A stretch of DNA of 55,275 nt, from the NCBI GenBank assembly GCA_013373515.1, contig JABXHR010000089.1, forward strand, positions 1 to 55,275, given 5' to 3'. Of this stretch, positions 26,640 through 36,242 are shown one piece after another. The translations under genes were made by a program, and so were the position numbers. Under the pieces are notes generated by a model that saw only the letters and a list, made by a program, of their open reading frames with translations, was not told where the DNA came from and ran no database searches. Origin of the DNA: Gammaproteobacteria bacterium (lineage in GTDB: Bacteria > Pseudomonadota > Gammaproteobacteria > JABXHR01). Within the stretch, counting starts at the first letter, position 1, and the number at the start of each line of letters is the position of its first letter.

Positions 26640-27878
26640 TTAGCGCTTTGAAAACTCTGGGTAGGCTTCGAGGCCACATTCTGAGATGTCGACGCCGTCG
26701 TATTCGTCCTCTTCAGAAACGCGCAGTCCCATGGTTTTGTCAAGGATGAACCAAACAAGTGAGCTGGCCACGAACACAAAGCCGAAGATCGCCGCGATGC
26801 CGATCAGCTGCGCGCTGAGTGTGGCTTCGCTGTTGTTGAAGGTCACCGCAATCAGGCCCCAGATGCCGACCACGCCGTGGACAGAGATGGCACCGACTGG
26901 GTCGTCAACTTTGAATTTGTCGACCATCAAGATGCTGACGAATACCAAGGCGCCGCCGACTGCACCGATCAAAACTGACGCTTCTGCACTTGGGCTCAGT
27001 GGGTCGGCAGTGATGGCTACCAATCCAGCCAAGACGCCGTTGAGCACCATGGTCAAATCCGCTTTCTTGAAGTAGGCACGTGACATCAACAATGCAGCAA
27101 TCGCACCGCCGCAAGCGGCCATGTTGGTGTTGACGAAGACTTGTGCAACCGCATTGGCCTCGCCGACATCTGAGACTTTCAACTCTGAGCCGCCGTTAAA
27201 TCCGAACCAACCCATCCACAAGATAAAGGTGCCAAGGGTGGCCAGCGGCAAGTTACAACCGGGAATTGCGTTGGCTGAACCATTTTTGTTGTATTTGCCT
27301 TTACGCGCGCCGAGTTGAAGTACTGCCGCGAGTGCTGCTGCTGCACCACACATGTGCACCACGCCAGAGCCTGCGAAATCGCTAAAACCAAGCTCTTTCA
27401 GCGGGCCACCGCCCCAGTGCCAGTAGCCTTGTACTGGATAAATGACTGCAGTCATTGGAATGACAAAGGCCAAGAAGGTCCATAGCTTCATGCGCTCGGC
27501 CACCGCGCCCGAGACAATTGACATGGCTGTGGCCACAAACACAACCTGGAAGAAGAAGTCCGAGCGCATGCTGTAATACGGTGCATCCTCTGCGCCGCTC
27601 AGTGCTGCTTCGGCAGTGTTCTCGGCACCGATGCCGAAGCCGAAGTTTGGAATCCAGCCGGTGTTTTCACCGGGGTACATGATGCTGTAGCCCATCAATA
27701 GGAACATCACACAGGACAGCGCAAACAGCACCACGTTTTTGGTGAGTATTTCGGCTGTGTTTTTGGCTCGAACAAGTCCTGCTTCCAGCATGGCAAAGCC
27801 CGCTGCCATCCACATGACCAGTGCGCCAGAGACTAAAAAGTAAAAGGTATCTAATGCGTAGGATAAATCGCTAACCAT
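26640..27878 (-). CDS. amtB: Ammonium transporter
   Basis: Amt family motifs are present (FAGSGVVHMCGAAAALA; twin-His region). It lies downstream of glnK. Confidence 0.93.
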   Translation of the reverse strand: MVSDLSYALDTFYFLVSGALVMWMAAGFAMLEAGLVRAKNTAEILTKNVVLFALSCVMFLLMGYSIMYPGENTGWIPNFGFGIGAENTAEAALSGAEDAPYYSMRSDFFFQVVFVATAMSIVSGAVAERMKLWTFLAFVIPMTAVIYPVQGYWHWGGGPLKELGFSDFAGSGVVHMCGAAAALAAVLQLGARKGKYNKNGSANAIPGCNLPLATLGTFILWMGWFGFNGGSELKVSDVGEANAVAQVFVNTNMAACGGAIAALLMSRAYFKKADLTMVLNGVLAGLVAITADPLSPSAEASVLIGAVGGALVFVSILMVDKFKVDDPVGAISVHGVVGIWGLIAVTFNNSEATLSAQLIGIAAIFGFVFVASSLVWFILDKTMGLRVSEEDEYDGVDISECGLEAYPEFSKR

Positions 27879-27893
27879 GGTTTTTCTCCTGTC

Positions 27894-28232
27894 TTAAAGC
27901 GCGGTTTCGCCGGTCTCGCCGGTGCGGATACGAACGACGTGTTCAATGGGGCTGACAAAGATCTTGCCGTCGCCAATCGCATTGCTGCAGGCAGTGCTTT
28001 GGATCAGCTCGACGATCTCATCGCAGACGTTGTCATCGACGCCGATCTGCAGTTGAACCTTGGGCACGAAATGTATTTGGTATTCAGCGCCGCGATAGAG
28101 CTCGGCGTGACCCTTTTGGCGTCCGTAGCCTTTGACCTCGGTGACCGTCATGCCGACGACACCTTTCTCGGCCAGCGCTTCACGGACGCTGTCGAGCTTG
28201 TGGGGTTTAATGATGGCAGTTATCAGTTTCAT
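27894..28232 (-). CDS. glnK: Nitrogen regulatory protein P-II
   Basis: MKLITAIIKPHKLDSVREAL with T-loop YRGAEY. 112 aa, upstream of amtB. Confidence 0.95.
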   Translation of the reverse strand: MKLITAIIKPHKLDSVREALAEKGVVGMTVTEVKGYGRQKGHAELYRGAEYQIHFVPKVQLQIGVDDNVCDEIVELIQSTACSNAIGDGKIFVSPIEHVVRIRTGETGETAL

Positions 28233-28266
28233 ATCTGATCTCGTGTTGAAAGATTCGAGAACGATA

Positions 28267-28283
28267 TTTCACGTGCTGTGCCA
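28267..28283 (-). promoter_or_regulatory. Possible sigma-54 promoter of glnK-amtB
   Basis: The minus strand reads TGGCACAGCACGTGAA. The -24 element is perfect. The -12 element is imperfect (GTGA instead of TTGC). Confidence 0.3.
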
Positions 28284-28334
28284 AAAATAATAATCAATTA
28301 AAACAATGGTTTGCGTTGGTTGGTGGGTTGGTAG

Positions 28335-28351
28335 TGCACCGAAAAAGTGCA
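28335..28351. promoter_or_regulatory. Possible NtrC enhancer site
   Basis: TGCACCGAAAAAGTGCA resembles TGCACC-N5-GGTGCA. It lies about 100 nt upstream of the glnK start. Confidence 0.3.
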
Positions 28352-28366
28352 GTGGTGCGCCCCAAT

Positions 28367-28552
28367 TTAGCGCGCTTCACTTTTCGTGGCATTGCACCGA
28401 GTGCATTTGTAGACCGTGACCAATTTGCCCTGTTTGACATCAAATTGCTTGGCCTTGTCGACCTTCCATTTGTGAAAGCCACTGCGGCACAAGGTTGCGC
28501 CCTTGTGCTTCTGCGCTGGAGTTTTGCGTTCGAACTTTACAACGTCGCCCAT
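28367..28552 (-). CDS. Small basic protein with a C-x5-H...C-x2-C putative zinc-ribbon
   Basis: The 61-aa product is MGDVVKFERKTPAQKHKGATLCRSGFHKWKV...YKCTRCNATKSEAR. The internal ATG at 28552 is preferred to the longer ORF. Confidence 0.5.
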   Translation of the reverse strand: MGDVVKFERKTPAQKHKGATLCRSGFHKWKVDKAKQFDVKQGKLVTVYKCTRCNATKSEAR

Positions 28553-28614
28553 AAGCCTGAGTGTCATCTGAGGGGGATAGCCATTATAATGCGCGCTTCT
28601 CAAAGGAAATGGTT

Positions 28615-29613
28615 ATGAGTCGAGTCACATTAACCGGTATCACCACCACGGGTATTCCGCACCTAGGTAACTATGTTGGCGCGATCCGCCCAGCGATTGC
28701 GGCATCTAACGCCTCAAGCGATGCATGCTTTTTATTTTTGGCCGATTATCACGCCTTGATCAAAGCCAGCGACCCGAAGGTAATTCAAGCGTCACGCACA
28801 GAAATTGCGGCAACCTGGCTGGCCTGTGGTTTGGATCCCGAAAAAGTGGTGTTCTACCGCCAGAGCGATATTCCAGAAATTCCCCAACTGACGTGGCTAT
28901 TGACTTGTGTTTGCGCCAAGGGGTTGATGAATCGAGCGCATGCTTATAAAGCGGCTGTGCAAGACAACATCGATGCGGGCAATGACGAAGACAAGGCCAT
29001 CACGATGGGGTTGTTCAGCTATCCGATTTTGATGGCGGCGGACATATTGATGTTCCGTGGTACGCATGTGCCGGTTGGGCGCGATCAAATCCAGCATATC
29101 GAGATGGCAGCGGATTTGGCGCAGCGCTTTAATCATATTTACGGTGAGGGGTTGATGACGGTGCCCGAAGCGGTGGTGGATGACAATATGCCACTGTTGA
29201 CAGGGCTGGATGGGCGCAAGATGAGCAAGTCTTATGGCAATACCATTCCGCTGTTTGACACCGAGAAAAAGCTGCGCAAGGCGGTGAACAAAATCGTCAC
29301 CAATTCATTGGAGCCGGGCGAGCCCAAAGACCCCGATACTTCGACATTGTTTGAGATCTATTCGGCGTTTGCCAATGCCGAGGAAATCGCCAATATTCGT
29401 CAGGCCTATGCTGATGGGATTGCTTGGGGGGAGATGAAAGGCGTTTTGTTTGAGAAGATCAATGCTGAGCTTGCAGAGCCTCGTGAGCGGTATGCAGAAA
29501 TCATGGCCAATCCGTCTCAGATCGAGGATGCGCTGCAGCATGGTGCACAAAAGGCTCGAGCGGTGTCTAAGCCTTACATCGAGGAGCTTCGCAACGCAGT
29601 TGGCATTGCTTAG
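28615..29613 (+). CDS. trpS: Tryptophan--tRNA ligase
   Basis: The HIGH-type motif TGIPHLGNY and KMSKS are present. The ATG at 28615 follows AAAGGA. Confidence 0.93.
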   Translation: MSRVTLTGITTTGIPHLGNYVGAIRPAIAASNASSDACFLFLADYHALIKASDPKVIQASRTEIAATWLACGLDPEKVVFYRQSDIPEIPQLTWLLTCVCAKGLMNRAHAYKAAVQDNIDAGNDEDKAITMGLFSYPILMAADILMFRGTHVPVGRDQIQHIEMAADLAQRFNHIYGEGLMTVPEAVVDDNMPLLTGLDGRKMSKSYGNTIPLFDTEKKLRKAVNKIVTNSLEPGEPKDPDTSTLFEIYSAFANAEEIANIRQAYADGIAWGEMKGVLFEKINAELAEPRERYAEIMANPSQIEDALQHGAQKARAVSKPYIEELRNAVGIA

Positions 29614-29698
29614 ATGCTTCTAATATAGGGCTTAGACTTGGTTCACGAAACGTGAATTCTAGAGCTGAAAAAGCGCATCGGTAGCCGATAGGCAGGCC

Positions 29699-30490
29699 AT
29701 GCGCTTTTTTTTATGGGTTTCAATATCATTACTCGCAGCATGCGGCGGCGGGTCATCAGGATCGAGCGGCAAGTCCGTGTTGCTCGGCGATGATCTCTAT
29801 GCGGTCGAATCGGTATTTGCACTGCCAGAGTTGCAACAGTTGTATTGGCCGGTATGGATGGCAAAAATTGCATCTTTTGCGCCCGACAGCCACATGGCGG
29901 GGTCTCGCGATCGTTGCCAGTCTGGGTCTGCCGCTTATAAGGCGATTTACGCGGGTCAGGAGCTCAGGCTCTACAACTGCTTATATCAAGGCGTCTCATA
30001 CAGCGGAGCAGTCAAGCTTACTGTGGGTGCGTTTGATGCGGGTGTAGCGATAAAGACAGATGACTTATTGATGTCAACGCTCAATGGCCAAGTCAAAGTG
30101 ATGGGGCAAATTGTGGTGACCGCATATGAGGGCGCTCGATACTCGGTGAATTCCTCTTCGGCGATTGTCGATGTTGAAGGAACAGTCTTTAGGCACAGTG
30201 ATTTCAAGGTCCACTGGGTTGACACTGAGTTAATGCAGTTTGCCTACGATGGTCGCTTGCAAGCCTCAGATGGACGTTACCGTCAGTACCTAACGAATCG
30301 CTGGATGCGCTTTGACGGTTCGACCTTGCTCTCCGGTGATATCCGCTGGGTGGATCACGTTGGCGACGATGGCGCATTGCGTGTCGATGAAGGGACGCTG
30401 ATCAAATCGACCTCCGGAATCGAATCGCCGACGAGGCAGTATTTCTCGGCAGCTGAGCTTGGAGTGCCATTTTGGGAAGTCAATTTTTAA
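29699..30490 (+). CDS. Orphan lipoprotein, unknown function
   Basis: Lipobox LLAAC followed by GGGSSGSSG. I recognise no family. Confidence 0.65.
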   Translation: MRFFLWVSISLLAACGGGSSGSSGKSVLLGDDLYAVESVFALPELQQLYWPVWMAKIASFAPDSHMAGSRDRCQSGSAAYKAIYAGQELRLYNCLYQGVSYSGAVKLTVGAFDAGVAIKTDDLLMSTLNGQVKVMGQIVVTAYEGARYSVNSSSAIVDVEGTVFRHSDFKVHWVDTELMQFAYDGRLQASDGRYRQYLTNRWMRFDGSTLLSGDIRWVDHVGDDGALRVDEGTLIKSTSGIESPTRQYFSAAELGVPFWEVNF

Positions 30491-31070
30491 AGTAATCGTC
30501 CAGTGTATCCCACACGTCTTGCAGGCCGTCTTTGCTCAGTGCTGAAAAGGTTTGCACCGTTGCCTCGATACCATGCTTTTCGAGCGTCTTGGCGGTGGAC
30601 ATTAGGGTTTTGTTGGCTTGACTACGGCTGAGCTTGTCGGCCTTGGTCAGTACGAAGTGCAGATTTACTGACTCTGGCAAAATTTCGATCATCGACCAAT
30701 CATGTGGAGTCAGCGGATGGCGTATGTCCATCAGAATGAATACTGCTTTGAGTGATTGGCGCTCCAGCAAGTACTGCGTTAGCGTCTTTTGCCAAGCCTT
30801 TGCCATCGCCTCAGGTACTTTGGCATATCCATAGCCTGGTAGGTCGATCAAATAGCGCTCAGTGTCTAATTCAAAGCAGTTTATCTCACGTGTCCGTCCG
30901 GGTGTTTTACTGGTGCGCGCCAGTTTGCGCTGTTGTGTGATGGTGTTTAGCGCTGTCGATTTTCCGGCGTTGGAGCGACCGGCAAAAGCCACTTCAGTGC
31001 TGCAATCAGGCAATTGCGACAACGCCGTCGCGCCAAGGATGAACTTTGCCTGATGGTAAAGATTTGACAT
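30480..31070 (-). CDS. engB: Ribosome biogenesis GTP-binding protein YihA/EngB
   Basis: G1 GRSNAGKST, G3 DLPGYG and G4 TKADK are present. Confidence 0.92.
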   Translation of the reverse strand: MSNLYHQAKFILGATALSQLPDCSTEVAFAGRSNAGKSTALNTITQQRKLARTSKTPGRTREINCFELDTERYLIDLPGYGYAKVPEAMAKAWQKTLTQYLLERQSLKAVFILMDIRHPLTPHDWSMIEILPESVNLHFVLTKADKLSRSQANKTLMSTAKTLEKHGIEATVQTFSALSKDGLQDVWDTLDDYFKN

Positions 31071-31212
31071 TGCTAAACTCTAGTTGAAATCACGTGTTAA
31101 AATACCACGTTGTTCGTTGAGTCTGTATTTGAATTGGGTGGCAATCCACATACAGATTGGGTCGAGCCAATCATTGCAAATAGATTTTTATGATTTATCG
31201 GAGCAAATAGTT

Positions 31213-31818
31213 GTGAAGCTTGGAAATATCTTGTTCGTCGCAGCGATGCTAGTCGCGCCATTTACCGTCAGTGCGGGTGGTGATGTAGAGGCTGGTAAAG
31301 TTAAAGCCGCAGTGTGTGCGGGCTGTCACGGTGCCGATGGCAATTCGCCTTCGTCGGGCTTCCCTTCATTGGCCGGGCAGCATGCAGACTACATTGCAAA
31401 ACAGCTCGCCGACTATAAATCTGGCGCGCGCGCTAACGGCATAATGCAGGGCCAAGCGGCCGGTTTGTCTGAAGAAGACATGGCTGATTTAGGCGCCTAT
31501 TTTGCCTCACAAACTGCCAAGCAGGGTGTAGCGGCTGAAGACAACATTCAAAAGGGCGAAGATATTTTCCGCGGCGGCATTGCGGGCACGAATATTCCGG
31601 CCTGTATCGGTTGTCACGGCGCAAACGGCGCAGGCATGATCGGTGCGGGATACCCAGCGCTCGCGGGTCAGTACAAAGAGTATACCGTTGCTCAGCTTCA
31701 GGCGTTCCGCTCAGGTGCTCGTGCTAACGACAATGCCGCCATGATGCGCACCATTGCAGAGCGTATGACAGATGCCGAAATGGAAGCTGTCGCTAACTAC
31801 ATCCAAGGCCTGTACTAG
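31213..31818 (+). CDS. cc4: Dihaem cytochrome c4
   Basis: Two CxxCH motifs (CAGCHG, CIGCHG) and a signal peptide are present. The GTG at 31213 follows GGAG. The longer ORF from 31084 was rejected. Confidence 0.85.
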   Translation: MKLGNILFVAAMLVAPFTVSAGGDVEAGKVKAAVCAGCHGADGNSPSSGFPSLAGQHADYIAKQLADYKSGARANGIMQGQAAGLSEEDMADLGAYFASQTAKQGVAAEDNIQKGEDIFRGGIAGTNIPACIGCHGANGAGMIGAGYPALAGQYKEYTVAQLQAFRSGARANDNAAMMRTIAERMTDAEMEAVANYIQGLY

Positions 31819-31861
31819 CCTTGATTTCTCCCCAGAAGTCATCACGTTGATACAGAGAACT

Positions 31862-31889
31862 AAGGCGAGCCAATGCTCGCCTTTTGTTT
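31862..31889 (+). terminator. Rho-independent terminator after cytochrome c4
   Basis: AAGGCGAGC-CAAT-GCTCGCCTT followed by TTGTTT. Confidence 0.75.
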
Positions 31890-31909
31890 AACTTTGGGAG
31901 CGTAAACTT

Positions 31910-33847
31910 ATGCAAAAGGTTCTGAGAAAATCCTTCCTCGTCCTCAGCTCCATGAGCTTTGCGATTTCACTGCTGATTGTCATCAGTGTTGCCTCTGCTA
32001 TTGGCACCATCCTGCAGCAAAACCAGACTTTCGTGGCGTATGCCGATAAATTTGGCGGCTTCTGGACAGATTTTTTCGTGTTTATGGGCCTGACCAATCT
32101 TTATGCAACAGGTTGGTTTTTGGTGGTGATGGCGATGTTGTTGATCTCAACTTCTACCTGTTTAACACGCCAAACGCCAGGAATGCTCAAAGAAATCCGC
32201 AGTTGGCGATTTAACGTCCAAAAAGCATCTTTCCCGCGCTACCGTCAGCATGTGACATTTGATGCGCCCAAAGATCTAGACGGCTCTGTTGCCCTGAGCC
32301 AGCGCGTGCTCAAAACCGCAGGTTACGAAACCAAAGCGGAACAACAACCTGATGCGATGTTGGTTTCGGCCAAAAAAGGTCGCTGGAATCGCATGGGCTA
32401 TATCGGCACTCACTTGGGTATTGTGGTGATCTGTATTGGGGGGTTGATGGACTCCTCGGTGCATGTGTCGATGGCAGAGCGCTTTGGTTTTGTGACGGCG
32501 GAAACTCGAAATTTGCGCTTGAGCGAAATTGAACAGGAGAGTTGGTTGCCGAACTGGAATCCGAGTTTCCGCGCGACATTAAACTTGCCCGAGGGTGTCA
32601 CGTCGAATGCGGCGTTTTTGCCCTCTGGCGAAGGCTATTTGGTGCAACCATTGCCTTTTAAAATTGAGCTGATTGACTTCAGAACGCAGCACTATCCTTC
32701 TGGGCCACCAAAGTCTTTTGATAGTGAGCTTCGAATTATCGATGAATCTGCGAGCCCGAGTGAATTCGCCACTGTGATCTCGGTGAATCATCCGCTCACG
32801 TATCGCGGTATCACGGTGTATCAAAGTAGCTTTGAAGACGGCGGCTCAAACCTAAAGATTGATGCGCTTCCCATCTATGGTGGCGAGAAGATTTCATTTG
32901 AAGGCGAGGTAAAAACCGAGCGTGAATGGGTCGAGGGTAGCACCATCGAGTTTGATGATTTTCGCCTGTTTAACATCAATCCGCTTCAGGTCGATGAAGA
33001 GACGATAGAAGAGCGCAATTTTGGGCCGAATTTTACTTATAAGATTCGCCAAAAGGACGGTAGTGCACGCGAATACGTCACTTACATGCAGCCGGTTCCG
33101 ATGCAAGGAATCCCGGTCATTCTCGGCGGTATGCGTCAGACGCAGCGGGAAGAGTTTAGCTATGTGCAAATTCCGGCAGATCGCTTGGGATCACCGTTAG
33201 GGTTTATGACGCTCTACAATCATCTCGCCGATCGCACATTGAGGGATCAAGTGCTGGTCGACGCGGCAAACGCAATGCGGCCAAATGATAGCGATGAAGA
33301 TCAGGCTCGATTGGTGGCCTCACTCGATAGCCTTGTCGAGCAAGTCCTTGAAGGTGGTTTGGCGCGTGTCGCCGAAAACATTGAGCGCTCTGTGCCTGAG
33401 GCACAAAGAGAGACCATGTTCCAAACCTTATCGGATTTAGCGTTTACAGTATTTGCACAGGCTTACGCCAATTCAGGTGTGATGGATGAACTGCCCGCCG
33501 GCATTGATGAGTCAATGTGGCTTGAACGTGCCTTATTTGCGGCCAGCGGCATGCAGCTTTATGGTGCAACGCACTTTTTCCAGCTCACAGGCTTTGATCA
33601 AGTTCAGGCTTCCGGATTGCAAATTGTGCGGGCGCCGGGCACAGGTCTTGTGTATTTAGGCTGCGCACTGCTGACACTTGGGGTGTTTGCGATGTTTTAC
33701 AGTCATCAACGTCGAATTTGGGTAAGGTTTGAGCCTCAAGAAAATGGGGTTTCAATCATGGCGGCGGGCAGTGATGTGAGGCGTGCAGCAGACTTTGAAA
33801 CTGAATTTCAAACGGTCACAAACGTGATCCGTAAACAATTGATGTAG
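31910..33847 (+). CDS. resB: System II cytochrome c biogenesis protein ResB/Ccs1
   Basis: The 645-aa product has N-terminal TMs and a large periplasmic domain. It lies upstream of ccsA. Confidence 0.85.
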   Translation: MQKVLRKSFLVLSSMSFAISLLIVISVASAIGTILQQNQTFVAYADKFGGFWTDFFVFMGLTNLYATGWFLVVMAMLLISTSTCLTRQTPGMLKEIRSWRFNVQKASFPRYRQHVTFDAPKDLDGSVALSQRVLKTAGYETKAEQQPDAMLVSAKKGRWNRMGYIGTHLGIVVICIGGLMDSSVHVSMAERFGFVTAETRNLRLSEIEQESWLPNWNPSFRATLNLPEGVTSNAAFLPSGEGYLVQPLPFKIELIDFRTQHYPSGPPKSFDSELRIIDESASPSEFATVISVNHPLTYRGITVYQSSFEDGGSNLKIDALPIYGGEKISFEGEVKTEREWVEGSTIEFDDFRLFNINPLQVDEETIEERNFGPNFTYKIRQKDGSAREYVTYMQPVPMQGIPVILGGMRQTQREEFSYVQIPADRLGSPLGFMTLYNHLADRTLRDQVLVDAANAMRPNDSDEDQARLVASLDSLVEQVLEGGLARVAENIERSVPEAQRETMFQTLSDLAFTVFAQAYANSGVMDELPAGIDESMWLERALFAASGMQLYGATHFFQLTGFDQVQASGLQIVRAPGTGLVYLGCALLTLGVFAMFYSHQRRIWVRFEPQENGVSIMAAGSDVRRAADFETEFQTVTNVIRKQLM

Positions 33848-33855
33848 GGCAGCAT

Positions 33856-35001
33856 ATGTCTATCACAGAACAAGATTTGTTAAATAAGCTCGAAGGCGAC
33901 TCCAAGTTCAATTTTAAGTTGGTGGGTTGGCTGGCCTTAGTCGCGATTGCGGTTGGCTTGGTGTTTTGGCAATACGGCGCGAAATTCGACGTCTATGAGA
34001 CCGCTATCCTTGTAGGAACCGGTGTGGGTGTCGCGTGGATCGGTGCTGTTTGGCCCGCGATGGGTCGCTATATTGTCGCGGTTGCATTGATTAGCTTGGC
34101 TGCCATCAATATCTACGACGGAAGCCTCGCCAATGGCGAGACCAAGTTCTTCTTGAAATACCTAATCTCCAGCCAGTCTGCAGTGATGTGGATGTCCGCG
34201 CTGTTTGTGATGTCGATTGTGGCTTACGGTGTAGGCTATGTATCGTCTTTCACGCAGAAAGTTGGCAGTGCACTGGTTTGGGCTGGCGCTGGCGCCGGTT
34301 TAGTTGGCTTGATGGTGCGCTGGCACGAGTCCTACCTTATCCATCCTGATGTCGGTTACATTCCTGTTTCAAATCTTTACGAGGTCTTCATCCTCTTTGC
34401 GGTGATTACCAGTATTCTTTATCTGTTCTATGAAAGGCGCTACCAGAATCGAAATCTAGGCTTTTTTGTAATGCTGGTCGTTGGCGCTGCAATCGGCTTT
34501 TTGCTGTGGTACCACTTTAGCCGTGGTGCTTCAGAAATCCGCCCATTGGTGCCTGCCTTGCAAAGTTATTGGATGAAGATTCACGTTCCAGCAAATTTTG
34601 TCGGGTATGGTGCGTTTGCGCTCGCTGCAATGGTCGGCGTGGCTTATTTGATTTTTGACGGCTCCAAGCGTGCAATCGCGCAAAAGTTCGATATGCAGAT
34701 GCTAGACGATTTGATGTACCGCTCAATTGCATTGGGGTTTGCATTCTTTACTTTGGCCACCATACTGGGTGCGCTGTGGGCCGCTGAAGCATGGGGTGGA
34801 TATTGGTCGTGGGACCCCAAGGAAACATGGGCTTTGATTGTCTGGTTAAATTATGCCGCATGGCTTCATTTGCGCCTGACAAAGGGCTGGCGTGGTAGTG
34901 TGATGGCTTGGTGGTCAATCATCGGTCTGTTCGTCACCCTGTTTGCATTTTTGGGTGTGAATATGTTTTTGTCCGGGCTGCATTCATACGGCAGCTTATA
35001 A
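33856..35001 (+). CDS. ccsA: System II cytochrome c biogenesis haem-handling protein CcsA/ResC
   Basis: WWD motif WGGYWSWDPKETWA in a polytopic protein. Confidence 0.9.
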   Translation: MSITEQDLLNKLEGDSKFNFKLVGWLALVAIAVGLVFWQYGAKFDVYETAILVGTGVGVAWIGAVWPAMGRYIVAVALISLAAINIYDGSLANGETKFFLKYLISSQSAVMWMSALFVMSIVAYGVGYVSSFTQKVGSALVWAGAGAGLVGLMVRWHESYLIHPDVGYIPVSNLYEVFILFAVITSILYLFYERRYQNRNLGFFVMLVVGAAIGFLLWYHFSRGASEIRPLVPALQSYWMKIHVPANFVGYGAFALAAMVGVAYLIFDGSKRAIAQKFDMQMLDDLMYRSIALGFAFFTLATILGALWAAEAWGGYWSWDPKETWALIVWLNYAAWLHLRLTKGWRGSVMAWWSIIGLFVTLFAFLGVNMFLSGLHSYGSL

Positions 35002-35020
35002 CAAATTAGATAAAGGAAAA

Positions 35021-35632
35021 ATGATGTTAAAACGAGCACTAGCAACAATCTCTGCGACGCTAATGATGGCCACAGTCGCTTGTGCGGCAGACGACTATCA
35101 ACTCACTGGCAAACCCTCGACTCAGCGTGATGATGGTAAAATTGAGGTGGTTGAGTTCTTTTGGTACGGGTGTCCTCATTGCTTCTCGTTTGAACCATAT
35201 CTTGCGGAATGGGAAGAGAGCTTGGCAGAGGACGTTGTTATACGCCGTGAGGCACCTGATCTCAACTCTAGCTGGAAACCCCATTCACAGGCCTTCTATG
35301 CCGCCGAACTTATGGGTGTATCGCATCTAATGCATAAGCCTCTGTTCGACGCCATCCATAAAGAGAAGCAGCCGCTACGTACATTAGAGTCGATTGGAAG
35401 CTTCGTTGAAACATTGGGCATCGATAAGGAAAAATTTCTATCAACCGCTAAGTCCTTCGCGGTAGAAGGGCGTATTTCGCAAGCTCGTAAGCTGGCAATC
35501 CAATACGGATTGACCGGCGTTCCAGCGGTGGTAGTGAACGGAAAATACCGTACTTCTGCCTCGTTTGCGGGTGGTAATGAAAAATGGACAGCTGTCATTG
35601 ATCGCTTAGTGGAACAAGAGCGCAACAACTAA
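35021..35632 (+). CDS. dsbA: Periplasmic thiol:disulfide interchange protein DsbA
   Basis: Signal peptide and active site FFWYGCPHCF are present. Confidence 0.92.
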   Translation: MMLKRALATISATLMMATVACAADDYQLTGKPSTQRDDGKIEVVEFFWYGCPHCFSFEPYLAEWEESLAEDVVIRREAPDLNSSWKPHSQAFYAAELMGVSHLMHKPLFDAIHKEKQPLRTLESIGSFVETLGIDKEKFLSTAKSFAVEGRISQARKLAIQYGLTGVPAVVVNGKYRTSASFAGGNEKWTAVIDRLVEQERNN

Positions 35633-35654
35633 GCATTCAGCGGCAATTAAATCG

Positions 35655-35685
35655 AACCCTGGCAGTGTGCCGGGGTTTTTTTGTT
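35655..35685 (+). terminator. Rho-independent terminator after dsbA
   Basis: AACCCTGGCA-GTG-TGCCGGGGTT followed by a T7 run. Confidence 0.8.
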
Positions 35686-35700
35686 TCAGCCGATCTAGAT

Positions 35701-35716
35701 TGGCACGGACCAAGCT
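35701..35716 (+). promoter_or_regulatory. Possible sigma-54 (-24/-12) promoter upstream of the dksA-like gene
   Basis: TGGCACGGACCAAGCT compared with consensus TGGCACG-N4-TTGCW: GG and GC are correctly spaced, and TT is replaced by AA. It lies 41 nt before the ATG. Confidence 0.3.
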
Positions 35717-35756
35717 AGAGTGGCTATCCACACTCAATGGCAAAGAGTAGAGCAAT

Positions 35757-36146
35757 ATGATTGAACAAGCGTATGAGCAATTAAGTCAGTACGAGTATAT
35801 GGACGATGAGCAGCTGGACTATTTCCGTCAGCGATTGATTGAAATGCGAGAGACCTTGCAAGCACGCATGACCTCTGCAGTCGATCGCCGTGAAAGACTG
35901 GCTGACGAAGCGGATCAAGCGACGCAAGATGAAAGTTACTGGATGTCCGTCCACCTAAAAGAGCGCGATGGCAAAATGCTGATGGACGTTGAAAAGGCCA
36001 TTCGCAAGCTCAATACCGGCGATTATGGGTATTGTGACGAGACTGGCGAAGAGATTGGTTTGAAGCGATTGATTGCCAACCCTGCTGCAGCATTGTCGGC
36101 AGAAGCAATGGAGCGCCGAGAAAGAATTCAGAAGATTCACGCTTAA
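35757..36146 (+). CDS. DksA/TraR-family RNA polymerase-binding protein lacking the Cys4 zinc finger
   Basis: The coiled-coil tip motif DxxDxA is present (DEADQA). The zinc-finger positions read C..T...S..A. Confidence 0.75.
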   Translation: MIEQAYEQLSQYEYMDDEQLDYFRQRLIEMRETLQARMTSAVDRRERLADEADQATQDESYWMSVHLKERDGKMLMDVEKAIRKLNTGDYGYCDETGEEIGLKRLIANPAAALSAEAMERRERIQKIHA

Positions 36147-36187
36147 AAACAAACGCTTAGGCGGACGTTCTAAAAAATTCAAAAATA

Positions 36188-36225
36188 TACTGTTCTTTTT
36201 GACAGTACTGTACTAAATTACAGTA
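36188..36225 (+). promoter_or_regulatory. Two overlapping LexA (SOS) boxes
   Basis: Box 1 is 36188-36207, TACTGTTCTTTTTGACAGTA. Box 2 is 36206-36225, TACTGTACTAAATTACAGTA. Both match TACTGT-N8-ACAGTA exactly and share 2 nt. They end 5 nt before the SD AAGGAG. Confidence 0.8.
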
Positions 36226-36242
36226 AAGCGAAGGAGAACAGT

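Noticed and set aside
35633-35756. Zur box upstream of the zinc-finger-less DksA paralogue, by analogy with Pseudomonas dksA2
   Set aside because: No AT-rich GTTATAATATAAC-like palindrome is present in the spacer.
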